A stretch of DNA of 64,000 nucleotides from a virus. Below, piece by piece: positions 29,417 to 37,967 of the stretch. The stretch lies in the IMG/VR virus record IMGVR_UViG_3300048113_001121, positions 64,001 through 128,000 of that record. One strand, given 5' to 3'. Positions within the stretch are counted from its first letter, which is position 1. Each line of letters opens with the position of its first letter. The position numbers and the translations under genes were made by a program. The notes under the pieces are model-generated. The model had not been told where the DNA came from, ran no database searches, and was given only the letters and a program-made list of their open reading frames with translations.

Positions 29417-30263
29417 ATCTTTTTTCGTATTCATCAGATAAGAAAGAGATTAACTCTAACGAATCTTTATCATTTAGTTGATGTGCGTACTGACTTCTTT
29501 TAAACCAATCACCTATAACTTGTTTAATTGGTTGATTACGAAGTTTAGCGACTCTTATAATACCTTTAAGTTCTGCAGGTATTTCGTGACTTTGTTTATA
29601 ATACTCTTTACCTGTTGGGTCTTCATCCCCCTCTTCTTTAAAATGTATTTCATTATCAGGTCTCATATAATTTTCTTGAAATATATGTTCTATTTCGTGA
29701 GCAACTACGTCATTTATATCTGCAATTAAATCGTACATAAGTGAAGGGTAATGTTCAGGATTAATAATTATTAGTACTGAAATTGTATCTCCGTCAGACA
29801 TTAATGCCCCATTAATCATGTAGGGTTCTTTTATACTATAATCGGCATTGTAAGTTAATTCTATGGAGAATGACGGTATATTGTACGACCTACTTATGTT
29901 TAACTTTTTAAAGTCATTATCAAAGTCATATTCAATTTCATTCGTTTCAGTGATGTCTTCAGGTAAAAAGTATTCACCATAATTTTCACTTTTAACAATA
30001 TTTGTTATGTCTCTAACTATACGTCTAATTGGTTCATTAATACCCTTAGCCTCATTTATGATGTTAGACTCATTGATAGATTCTTTAACAGTTAATAGTA
30101 ACTCATTTGTAATAGTTTCGGGATTTTCGTCTTCATAAAACCCTGTTTTTATTCTAAAATAGTTGTTCTTACCTAAATTACGCGCATAAGACTCAGAACC
30201 TACACTATTAGTTATAGTTTCTATAATACCATCATAATAATCTTGAAATTCATTACTTATCAT
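29406..30263 (-). CDS. HExxH (zincin-like) protein
   Basis: VVAHEIEHIFQ...E; IINEA site; start MISNE follows TATTTAT at 30268-30274. Confidence 0.65.
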   Translation of the reverse strand: MISNEFQDYYDGIIETITNSVGSESYARNLGKNNYFRIKTGFYEDENPETITNELLLTVKESINESNIINEAKGINEPIRRIVRDITNIVKSENYGEYFLPEDITETNEIEYDFDNDFKKLNISRSYNIPSFSIELTYNADYSIKEPYMINGALMSDGDTISVLIIINPEHYPSLMYDLIADINDVVAHEIEHIFQENYMRPDNEIHFKEEGDEDPTGKEYYKQSHEIPAELKGIIRVAKLRNQPIKQVIGDWFKRSQYAHQLNDKDSLELISFLSDEYEKRYGI

Positions 30264-30276
30264 ACTAATAAATATA

Positions 30277-30759
30277 TCAGTATCTGTTAAGTAGAAAAGG
30301 AATTGATAAACCCGCACCGAATTCTATAGTATTAGAAACATTTAGAATCAAAGCGATGTCTATTGAACGTGAATTTTGAGTAATAAGTTTAATTGGGTGT
30401 AGTCTAATCATTACATCGGGGTAAAAATCCGCAGGTTCACTTGTATAAAGAACCATTTTACCCCCAACCCCTACATTGATACCGTTTCTTAAAAATCCAT
30501 AATTAATACCTAACCTATTTGGGTAGGCTCCCGTTTGATTTATAATCGGGACCCCTCCAGTGTTAATTATATTTAATTGGCCCGTAGTATATATTCCCCA
30601 TGGGGCATATGGGTTACGACTATTGATTACAGATGTGTTAATATTATCTGTGGAAAGAAATAAGTCTCCACTACCAAATAACACACCAACCGTAGATGAT
30701 TGTGAATAAACATTAGATATTGTCAGAAAAAATGTAATAATAATTGTAGTAAATCTCAT
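30277..30759 (-). CDS. Secreted, probable outer-membrane beta-barrel-like protein
   Basis: Signal peptide ending VYSQ; alternating hydrophobic strands; C-terminal FGAGLSIPF; TATATTTG on - strand at 30781. Confidence 0.5.
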   Translation of the reverse strand: MRFTTIIITFFLTISNVYSQSSTVGVLFGSGDLFLSTDNINTSVINSRNPYAPWGIYTTGQLNIINTGGVPIINQTGAYPNRLGINYGFLRNGINVGVGGKMVLYTSEPADFYPDVMIRLHPIKLITQNSRSIDIALILNVSNTIEFGAGLSIPFLLNRY

Positions 30760-30812
30760 AAATGTTTTTTTTTAATAAAACAAATATAACCACAAAATTT
30801 TAAATAAACAAA

Positions 30813-31664
30813 TTACAGACTCTTTAACATTTCAATTAAAGGTGGATAAGGGTAAACGTCAAATTTGTCCTTACGATAATTGGTATGACTCCATATCCCA
30901 ACACCCCCATGATTTGCTAACTTGTTAAATTCAAATGGTCCCCAATCACTTCTATCAGCATCATTGTATGTTCTTACAGCGTACTTGGTATTTCCTCCGT
31001 TAAGTCCATCTTCGGTTAAAACTTTACCATTTAATCCTAAGTAACCTTTTTCATTTAAAAATTGTTGTTTCTCCAAAACATTTAAACCTTTAAATGATTG
31101 TTTAGTATCAAACAGTTCAACCATACCTTTACAAACATCAATACCATATTCTAAACTATATTTATCTATCAAAAATTTAACAGACTCTATTTGTTTGTCG
31201 GTATATTTTTGATAGTATCGATATCCTCTCCAATTTTTACCTAAATCTACAACATCCTCTTCAGGTACTTTACTATTAACATATGTGAAATATTCCCCCT
31301 TAACTGATTTTACTAATGGACCATAGTTACAAATTTCTATACCTATAGATTGTTCATTTAACTCTCTATTATTAGAATTCTTAGTACCTAAATGATGTGC
31401 CCATTGTTCAACAGGTAATCCTTGTACTATAACACCATCCCAATCTGTATTACCATCTCTAGTAGATTTTCCTCCAACAACAAATTGAGTGGCAACTCTT
31501 AATGGTCTACCACCTTTAGTCCTGTCTCTATCCCATGAACTAAATACCCAATCTGGTCTGTGACTACCTGCCGTGTGGTGTAAAACTATAGTCTTTTTGT
31601 CTGTTTTATTTGAATAATACTCATCCCCCTCTAAATATTGTTTTTTTATATCAATTTTTTTCAT
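30813..31664 (-). CDS. N-acetylmuramoyl-L-alanine amidase (Amidase_2), putative endolysin
   Basis: IVLHHTAG, AHHLG, NEQSIGIEICN, WSH...DKFD; inserted PG-binding-like segment. Confidence 0.85.
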   Translation of the reverse strand: MKKIDIKKQYLEGDEYYSNKTDKKTIVLHHTAGSHRPDWVFSSWDRDRTKGGRPLRVATQFVVGGKSTRDGNTDWDGVIVQGLPVEQWAHHLGTKNSNNRELNEQSIGIEICNYGPLVKSVKGEYFTYVNSKVPEEDVVDLGKNWRGYRYYQKYTDKQIESVKFLIDKYSLEYGIDVCKGMVELFDTKQSFKGLNVLEKQQFLNEKGYLGLNGKVLTEDGLNGGNTKYAVRTYNDADRSDWGPFEFNKLANHGGVGIWSHTNYRKDKFDVYPYPPLIEMLKSL

Positions 31665-31696
31665 ATCTTTGTCTATGTATAATAATAAATATAACT

Positions 31697-32122
31697 ATGA
31701 ACAATATTAATTTTTTTGCAGATAGACTTAGAAAAATAGGTGACGAAGCACTAAAGGAAGCCTTGTACCTAAATTTGAATGTTAACGAAGTTTTATTATC
31801 CTATGAAATTGCGGGAATTCCTTCACCAATTATGATTAAGAGAAATACGTGGGCCGACATGGAAAGAGGATGGGGTAACGGTTACGTTAAAATTATTCCC
31901 TCACATAAAGACCACGGAAAGGGTTATGACGATATTGATGTAAGTGTACATGGAGGTTTAACATTTTCAGAAACCATACTATCAGGTGATGAATGGCCTG
32001 AAGGTCATTGGGTAGGTTTCGATACCGCACACTCAGGTGATGACATCAGATTGTGGCCTAAAGAATCTGTTTTAGATGAAACTAAAGATTTATTTAGTCA
32101 AATTTATAAAATTAAAAGATAG
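31697..32122 (+). CDS. Hypothetical phage protein
   Basis: HGGLTFS and WVGFDTAH motifs; likely start MNNINF. Confidence 0.65.
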   Translation: MNNINFFADRLRKIGDEALKEALYLNLNVNEVLLSYEIAGIPSPIMIKRNTWADMERGWGNGYVKIIPSHKDHGKGYDDIDVSVHGGLTFSETILSGDEWPEGHWVGFDTAHSGDDIRLWPKESVLDETKDLFSQIYKIKR

Positions 32123-32129
32123 TGAATTT

Positions 32130-32723
32130 ATGAAGATTTTATTTAAACTATTTTTAATATTTTTAAGTTTACCATTACATAGTCAAACATTAACTATTGA
32201 GAATGATACTATAAAAACTGATATATTTGATGTTGTATACTCTGAAGAATTGGAACAACCCTTATGGATATCATATAAAGTATTATGTCCGATGGGAACT
32301 CAAAGTAGAAGTGGTTTAAATTTCTATACAAACGATAGTATTCAAACCTCAGATATTGATGATTATAAAGACAATGTTTGGGATAGAGGCCATTTAGCTC
32401 CCGCGGCCGCGTTTAACTGCGATAGGGAAACACTTAAAAAAACATTTACATATTTAAATTGTGTTCTACAACATGAAGGATTAAATCGTGGACCGTGGAG
32501 AGAATTAGAAGAGTTTGAAAGAGGATTATCAAAAGTTTATGATAATGTTTGGGTAGAAATCATAGTAAAGTTCGAAGGTGAACTTGAAAAAGTATTAGGC
32601 GGAGCAACAATTCCTTCAGGGTTTTTAAAGACCATAAAATTTGACAATAAGGAAATAATGTTTTACTTTCCTAATATTGACGTTTCTGGTGAGGACTGGG
32701 GACACTTTAAAGTAATGAATTAA
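32130..32723 (+). CDS. Secreted DNA/RNA non-specific endonuclease (NucA/EndA type)
   Basis: DRGHLAPAA and QH..LNRGPW..LE; signal peptide. Confidence 0.88.
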   Translation: MKILFKLFLIFLSLPLHSQTLTIENDTIKTDIFDVVYSEELEQPLWISYKVLCPMGTQSRSGLNFYTNDSIQTSDIDDYKDNVWDRGHLAPAAAFNCDRETLKKTFTYLNCVLQHEGLNRGPWRELEEFERGLSKVYDNVWVEIIVKFEGELEKVLGGATIPSGFLKTIKFDNKEIMFYFPNIDVSGEDWGHFKVMN

Positions 32724-32724
32724 A

Positions 32725-33126
32725 ATGAGTAAAAAACCAATGGAATTATTAAATACACATCCAATAAAAAAATCTGATTTAGGATTCCACGGTAACTTAT
32801 TTGGGGGTAAATTATTAGCTTGGTTAGATGCAAGTGCCGCCGCGTTTGCTATGCAAGTTGCTGATACCCCACGAATGGTTACTGTCAAGATTGATGAATG
32901 TATTTTTAAAAAACCGGCTAAAGAGGGTCAACTAATAAAAATGTATGGTGAGGTAGAAAGTATTGGTACCACATCATTAACTCTTTACATGGAAGCACGT
33001 TCACATAATGTTTACTCAGGTAATCAAACAATTATATTATCAACTAAAATTAAATTCGTTAGAATTGATGAAACGGGGGACCCCATCCCAATATCTCAAA
33101 GGGTTAAAAATAAATACATTAAATAA
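32725..33126 (+). CDS. Hotdog-fold acyl-CoA thioesterase (YciA-like)
   Basis: GNLFGGKLLAWLD motif. Confidence 0.85.
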   Translation: MSKKPMELLNTHPIKKSDLGFHGNLFGGKLLAWLDASAAAFAMQVADTPRMVTVKIDECIFKKPAKEGQLIKMYGEVESIGTTSLTLYMEARSHNVYSGNQTIILSTKIKFVRIDETGDPIPISQRVKNKYIK

Positions 33127-33143
33127 ATTAAATAACAAAAAAA

Positions 33144-33575
33144 ATGAAAGTAGAAAAAGGTAACAATGTTAAAGTTCACTACACGGGAACTTTAGAAGAT
33201 GGTCAAGAATTTGACAGTTCACATAAACGTGGAGAAACCCTTAATTTTGCAGTTGGAACTGGACAAATGATAGCTGGTTTTGATGCCGCAGTTGAAGGTA
33301 TGGAAGTTGGTGAAGTAAAAGATGTGACTTTAGACCCAACACAAGCGTATGGTGAAAGAAAAGAGGAGGCAGTAATGCCAGTTAATCGTAAGAACTTCCC
33401 TGAAGATTTTAAAGTTGAAATAGGTGGTATGGTTCAAGGTCAGACTGAACAAGGTATGCCGATTCAAGCAACTATCGTAGGCGAAGATGAAGAAAATCTA
33501 ATTTTAGATATGAACCACCCACTCGCTGGTAAGTCACTAAACTTTAATATTGAATTAGTAGAAATAGGAGAATAA
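33144..33575 (+). CDS. slyD: FKBP-type peptidyl-prolyl isomerase, SlyD-like, without His-rich tail
   Basis: V.VHY.G.L.DG..FDSS, G.GQMI.GF, DMNHPLAGK.L.F. Confidence 0.9.
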   Translation: MKVEKGNNVKVHYTGTLEDGQEFDSSHKRGETLNFAVGTGQMIAGFDAAVEGMEVGEVKDVTLDPTQAYGERKEEAVMPVNRKNFPEDFKVEIGGMVQGQTEQGMPIQATIVGEDEENLILDMNHPLAGKSLNFNIELVEIGE

Positions 33576-34012
33576 TGGTTTATTGGTTTACAGGGCAGCC
33601 GTCACACGGTAAGACCGTATTGGCTAATATGTTTAAAGAATCTCATCTACCTACCGCATATAGAATTGATGGTGATGAGATGAGAGAATTGTTTACTAAT
33701 AAAGATTATTCGATTAAAGGTAGGGTAACTAATGTGGATGCTGCTCAAAAAATTTCACATTATTTACACAATCAAGGAGATGACGTAATAGTTTCTTTAG
33801 TTTCACCTTATATTGACCAAAGAGAAGAGTTTAAAAAACTATTAGGTAAAGATTTAGTTGAAATTTACATTCATACATCAGAACCTAGAGAAAGAGACCA
33901 CTTTAGGTCTGATGCGTATGTAGCACCTAAGGAAAACTTTATCGATATCGATACCACTGTAGATACACCTGAAGAATCTCTTCAAAAAATTATATCTAAA
34001 TTAGGATGGTAG
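33575..34012 (+). CDS. cysC: Adenylyl-sulfate kinase-like P-loop kinase
   Basis: WFTGQPSHGKT, IDGDEMR, VSLVSPY...RE. Confidence 0.75.
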   Translation: MVYWFTGQPSHGKTVLANMFKESHLPTAYRIDGDEMRELFTNKDYSIKGRVTNVDAAQKISHYLHNQGDDVIVSLVSPYIDQREEFKKLLGKDLVEIYIHTSEPRERDHFRSDAYVAPKENFIDIDTTVDTPEESLQKIISKLGW

Positions 34013-34374
34013 ATAAGAAATCGACAATATTTTGTGACATAGATGGAACGATATTCAAATATCGAAAGTTTGAAACGTATGAAACTTCATCTGTAGATGT
34101 TTTACCTGAAGTAAAAGAAAAGTTAGAGTCGTGGAGTAAAGAAGGTCATATGGTAATTTTAACTACCGCACGACCAGATTATCTCTACGACCATACTGTT
34201 AAAGAATTGAAAGAGAACGGTATAATCTATGACCGTTTAATTACAGGAATTGAGAGGGGTCCGAGAATCTTAATTAATGATATGGACCCTAATAAACCGG
34301 GTCAACGAGCGTTTGGAGTAAACCTTAATAGAAATGAGGGATTCAAAGGTATTGATTGGTCTAATTATATTTAA
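34006..34374 (+). CDS. HAD-superfamily phosphatase
   Basis: FCDIDGT, LTTAR, INDM. Confidence 0.75.
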   Translation: MVDKKSTIFCDIDGTIFKYRKFETYETSSVDVLPEVKEKLESWSKEGHMVILTTARPDYLYDHTVKELKENGIIYDRLITGIERGPRILINDMDPNKPGQRAFGVNLNRNEGFKGIDWSNYI

Positions 34375-34383
34375 ATTTAAATT

Positions 34384-34776
34384 ATGAGTGATTGGAGTAG
34401 TAAATTTCACGTAGAGTCATCAATGCCGGCTAGAGATGGTCAGTATGCGATGTTTGTAGGTAGATGGCAACCTTTACATAAAGGTCATCAAGAGTTATTT
34501 AAACAGGCAATGGATAAAGGTAAAAATGTTTTAATCTGTATTAGAGACGGAAAACCTAACGAAAAAAATCCATTTACCGCAACAGAAGTTAAAGAAAATA
34601 TTATGAATCATTATTCTTCTGAAGTCGAATCAGGTAAAGTCGCAGTGACTATTATTCCCGATATTTGTTCAATTGAATTCGGTAGAGGAGTTGGTTATGA
34701 TATAATTGAACACACACCCCCTTCTGAAATTGGAAATATCTCAGCAACTAAGATTCGTAAAGAAATGGGTCTTTAA
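34384..34776 (+). CDS. HIGH-family nucleotidyltransferase (cytidyltransferase-like)
   Basis: GRWQPLHKGH and ISATKIR. Confidence 0.8.
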   Translation: MSDWSSKFHVESSMPARDGQYAMFVGRWQPLHKGHQELFKQAMDKGKNVLICIRDGKPNEKNPFTATEVKENIMNHYSSEVESGKVAVTIIPDICSIEFGRGVGYDIIEHTPPSEIGNISATKIRKEMGL

Positions 34777-34854
34777 AGTCAAAAATCAATTTATTACGAC
34801 TCATTTTTTAATTTAAATGGGTCGTTTTTAACTAATTAATGAACCAAAAAAAAT

Positions 34855-35454
34855 ATGAAATTTAATAAGAAAGAATTGTTTTATTATTGTAATAATGAAT
34901 TACGTTATAAAAAGTTAAATAAGATAAAAATACTAATTCCTTCATTAATCCTATTAATCATATTTTTATCCATATTGTTAATACCCATTAATAAATCTTT
35001 AAGTCGTGATATTACAAATACTGATGATTTTGAATCTAATATCTCGGTAATTAATATTAACGATACTTTAAATGATTTCTCGGAAGATAAACTAATAGAA
35101 ATGTTAGTTTCTTTAAACGTTAAGTTCCCACATATAGTGTTGGCACAATCTAAGCTTGAGACAGGTAATTACTCTTCTAAAATATTTAAGGAAAACCATA
35201 ACCTTTTTGGTATGAAAGAGGCTAGAGTTAGAATACATACATCTAAGGGTACTCAATTTAATCATGCGTATTATAGTCACTGGAGAGAATCGGTTTATGA
35301 CTACGCCTTCTACCAATGTCGTTATTTATCTACATTACATACTGAAGATGAATATTACACTTACTTATCAAAGTCATACGCCGAGGCAACAAATTACGTA
35401 AACATATTAAAATCTATGGTTATAAAAGAAAAATTAAAAGATAAGTTTTTTTAA
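34855..35454 (+). CDS. Membrane-anchored glucosaminidase (GH73-like)
   Basis: N-terminal transmembrane helix; AQSKLETG, HNLFGMK, Y..Y motifs. Confidence 0.75.
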   Translation: MKFNKKELFYYCNNELRYKKLNKIKILIPSLILLIIFLSILLIPINKSLSRDITNTDDFESNISVININDTLNDFSEDKLIEMLVSLNVKFPHIVLAQSKLETGNYSSKIFKENHNLFGMKEARVRIHTSKGTQFNHAYYSHWRESVYDYAFYQCRYLSTLHTEDEYYTYLSKSYAEATNYVNILKSMVIKEKLKDKFF

Positions 35455-35491
35455 TCGAAATATTATGTTTATATTAGCCAAAAGAAATAAA

Positions 35492-36187
35492 ATGAAAATC
35501 ACATTCATATCTGACACACACACAAAACATCATCAGGTAACGTCACAGTTGCCAGGTGGTGATTTGTTGGTCCATGCCGGTGACTTTTCTTCACGAGGTT
35601 ATGAACATGAGGTGGATGGATTTTTTGATTGGTTCAATAAGTTGGATAACTACACCAATAAGATTGTCATCGCTGGTAACCACGACCTTATGTTTGAGGA
35701 CAACCCAATGTTAGCTAAAGACATCATGAGTTACTATCCTAACGTTACTTACCTTCAGGACAACATTGAAGTTATCGGTGAGGATTACCAATCTTCGGTA
35801 AAAGTTTATGGCTCTCCGTGGCAACCTGAATTTTATAATTGGGCATTTAACCTACCACGCAACGGTGAGGAGTTAAAGGAGAAGTGGAATGAGATTCCAC
35901 ATAACATGGACATCGTGGTCACTCACGGACCCGCATATGGTTATTTAGATACCGTTGTGGGGCAATATATAAACCTGGGGTGTCAGTTGTTGACTGAACG
36001 GTTAAAGGTCGTTAAACCGAAGATACACGTGTGTGGACACATCCACAGTGGGTATGGTTATAAGTTTGATAATGGTACACACTACATCAACGCATCAGTC
36101 TTAGGTGAAGATTACATTTTTAAAAATAAACCCTTAACTGTGGAGTGGGACCCAAATACAAATAAAATTGAATTTTTAGATTATTAA
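35492..36187 (+). CDS. Metallophosphoesterase
   Basis: SDTH, HAGD, AGNHD, VTHGP, CGHIH. Confidence 0.9.
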   Translation: MKITFISDTHTKHHQVTSQLPGGDLLVHAGDFSSRGYEHEVDGFFDWFNKLDNYTNKIVIAGNHDLMFEDNPMLAKDIMSYYPNVTYLQDNIEVIGEDYQSSVKVYGSPWQPEFYNWAFNLPRNGEELKEKWNEIPHNMDIVVTHGPAYGYLDTVVGQYINLGCQLLTERLKVVKPKIHVCGHIHSGYGYKFDNGTHYINASVLGEDYIFKNKPLTVEWDPNTNKIEFLDY

Positions 36188-36192
36188 TTAAA

Positions 36193-36804
36193 ATGAAATA
36201 CAAATTAGAAGTTTACGGATGGTCAATGGAGGCGATGGGACATTCATTAAATGACCAACAATTAGAGGATGTAGATATCCTTATGAAAGACAATAACTGT
36301 GATGAACTATGGCAGATTAGGTCTGAGTTAGAAGACGTTGTTGACGATATGTGGGGTCCCGATTTATTTCATATGAATGCACCCTTTTATAACGGTAGTA
36401 CGTTCTTTAGAGTTGTAGATGAAAATGAAAAAGTAATTTTAGAATTTGATGAGAAAGATTTGGGTGACTTATATGAAAATGTTGAAGATGTTGATGATTT
36501 ATACCCCTATGAATCCCATTTCGCATCACCTAATTACCGTAACGATGGTGTTAAACATATTATGTTAGTTGTTGATGAAAATAAAGGTGGATTTTGTGAA
36601 ATGTTATTTGAATCTGACGAGGAACTTAAACCTGAAGATTTTTCTGTAATGGGAGGCGGTATTGATACACCTTTAGGTGAATGGGATTTTATCTCACGTA
36701 TTTTCTTTAAAGATACCCTACTTGAGATTGACGATTGGTTAGATAATCGAGGTAAAGCGGCAACATTAGAGATTTATGCTGAAGATGGGAGAATCATACA
36801 TTAA
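36193..36804 (+). CDS. Acidic hypothetical protein
   Basis: ORF track. Confidence 0.7.
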   Translation: MKYKLEVYGWSMEAMGHSLNDQQLEDVDILMKDNNCDELWQIRSELEDVVDDMWGPDLFHMNAPFYNGSTFFRVVDENEKVILEFDEKDLGDLYENVEDVDDLYPYESHFASPNYRNDGVKHIMLVVDENKGGFCEMLFESDEELKPEDFSVMGGGIDTPLGEWDFISRIFFKDTLLEIDDWLDNRGKAATLEIYAEDGRIIH

Positions 36805-36926
36805 TGAAACTAACTAAAATTAAATTAAATAATCAGAATCGTATGTTACGTATTGGTTTTGGTTTAAATAAAGGAAATAAATTCTTTAGAATTGATTTAT
36901 GGTGGATAGGTTACAGATTATCCTAA
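36804..36926 (+). CDS. Small basic hypothetical protein (40 aa)
   Basis: TAATG overlap with the upstream stop; hand-translated MKLTKIKLNNQNRMLRIGFG...WWIGYRLS. Confidence 0.5.
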   Translation: MKLTKIKLNNQNRMLRIGFGLNKGNKFFRIDLWWIGYRLS

Positions 36927-36933
36927 AATAAAA

Positions 36934-36964
36934 TTTGACAATTGAAATAACTTAACTATATTTG
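36934..36964 (+). promoter_or_regulatory. Bacteroidota sigma70 promoter of the tRNA array
   Basis: TTTG (36934-36937) - 19 nt - TATATTTG (36957-36964), matching the -33/-7 consensus. Confidence 0.8.
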
Positions 36965-36997
36965 TAGAGTACAAACAAGTACAAAACTATTTTAAAA

Positions 36998-37069
36998 ATG
37001 AATAAACGAAACACACATAATATAATATTAAGAAACTTATCAAGGATAAGAATCTTTAGTGTTATGTGA
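36998..37069 (+). CDS. Putative attenuator leader peptide MNKRNTHNIILRNLSRIRIFSVM
   Basis: ATG after an A-rich tract, TGA TAG double stop, placed between promoter and terminator. Confidence 0.55.
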   Translation: MNKRNTHNIILRNLSRIRIFSVM

Positions 37070-37121
37070 TAGTTCGGTAAAACATAATGTAAAAAATAGA
37101 CTTAAAGCTATGAAAAAGAAG

Positions 37122-37155
37122 AAGCCCGAACAGAGATGTTCGGGTTTTTTGTTTT
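37122..37155 (+). terminator. Strong intrinsic terminator upstream of the first tRNA
   Basis: AAGCCCGAACA-GAGA-TGTTCGGGTTT followed by TTTGTTTT. Confidence 0.85.
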
Positions 37156-37165
37156 ATATTAGCAG

Positions 37166-37178
37166 TGTTCTTTGACAT
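37166..37178 (+). promoter_or_regulatory. boxA-like element
   Basis: TGTTCTTTGACAT; near-copies at 11033-11045 and 38369-38381. Confidence 0.6.
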
Positions 37179-37215
37179 CAAGATTAAGTAACGACACAGT
37201 ATTCGGTAAAATACT

Positions 37216-37288
37216 GACCTCTTAGCTCAGCTGGTAGAGCATCACACTTTTAATGTGAGGGTCCAGGGTTCGAACCCCTGAGGGGTCA
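37216..37288 (+). tRNA. tRNA-Lys(UUU)
   Basis: Full cloverleaf, loop CT-TTT-AA, no encoded CCA. Confidence 0.93.
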
Positions 37289-37348
37289 CTATCGCCAATA
37301 CTAAATCGAGTTTTGCACCTCTACATAAAATATGGGTGTTTTCAACAT

Positions 37349-37422
37349 GGGGATGTAGCTCAGTTGGTTAGAGCAGGACTCTTATATGGTCAAGGTCGTA
37401 GGTTCAATTCCTACCGTCCCTA
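37349..37422 (+). tRNA. tRNA-Ile(UAU)
   Basis: Cloverleaf GGGGATG/CGTCCCT, loop CT-TAT-AT. Confidence 0.82.
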
Positions 37423-37498
37423 CAATTAAATTAATTTAATAAAATAGTTGTTACTTAATCATTTGTACCGTACATTTACAGTATTGAAAGATATAGAT

Positions 37499-37584
37499 GC
37501 CGAAGTGGTGGAATTGGTAGACACGAGGGACTTAAAATCCCTTGGACAGTAATGTCCGTGACGGTTCGAGCCCGTCCTTCGGTA
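37499..37584 (+). tRNA. tRNA-Leu(UAA)
   Basis: Class II cloverleaf, loop CT-TAA-AA, variable arm GGACA/TGTCC. Confidence 0.93.
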
Positions 37585-37587
37585 CAC

Positions 37588-37646
37588 AGATAGGGAGTTA
37601 TCCAATACGCGTTGGAACTAGATAACTTTAAAATAGAACCCTATCT
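37588..37646 (+). ncRNA. Structured spacer RNA 1
   Basis: AGATAGGG/CCCTATCT enclosing AGTTATC/GATAACT and CAA/TTG stems. Confidence 0.5.
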
Positions 37647-37671
37647 TTTACATGTACCCAACATACAATTT

Positions 37672-37760
37672 AAGAGAGGTAGTGAAGCTACAATGATATA
37701 GAAAAAGGTAAGGGTTAACCTCTATATCGTAGTAACCCCGAAAGACCCGAAACCTCTCTT
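37672..37760 (+). ncRNA. Structured spacer RNA 2
   Basis: AAGAGAGGT/ACCTCTCTT enclosing CTAC..GATATAGA/TCTATATCGTAG and AGGT/ACCT. Confidence 0.5.
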
Positions 37761-37766
37761 TTACAT

Positions 37767-37840
37767 GCACCCATAGCTCAGCTGGATAGAGCATCTGCCT
37801 TCTAAGCAGACGGTCTCAGGTTCGAATCCTGATGGGTGTA
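37767..37840 (+). tRNA. tRNA-Arg(UCU)
   Basis: Full cloverleaf, loop CT-TCT-AA. Confidence 0.93.
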
Positions 37841-37848
37841 CTAAATAC

Positions 37849-37964
37849 GGGGAGTTAGTCAAAGTGGTACGACGCTCCAACCTTAAGACAGAAAGCATCA
37901 TACTAGTTACTCGATGTGATTAAGTTGGTTAGTAGAGGTAGGGGTTCGAATCCCCTACTCCCCC
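37849..37964 (+). tRNA. tRNA-like RNA with ~35-nt insertion in the anticodon loop (possible intron-containing tRNA, UAA)
   Basis: Acceptor GGGGAGT/ACTCCCC, D-arm GTC/GAC with GG, perfect T-arm AGGGG-TTCGAAT-CCCCT, stem CCAAC/GTTGG around a 42-nt loop. Confidence 0.65.
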
Positions 37965-37967
37965 GCT

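Noticed and set aside
37896-37916. Amber-suppressor (CUA) anticodon in the apical loop of the long tRNA-like RNA
   Set aside because: The CTA in ATACTAGTTAC lacks the U33/purine-37 context and a 7-nt loop.
37888-37922. Group I intron in the tRNA-like gene
   Set aside because: 35 nt is far too short for a group I catalytic core.
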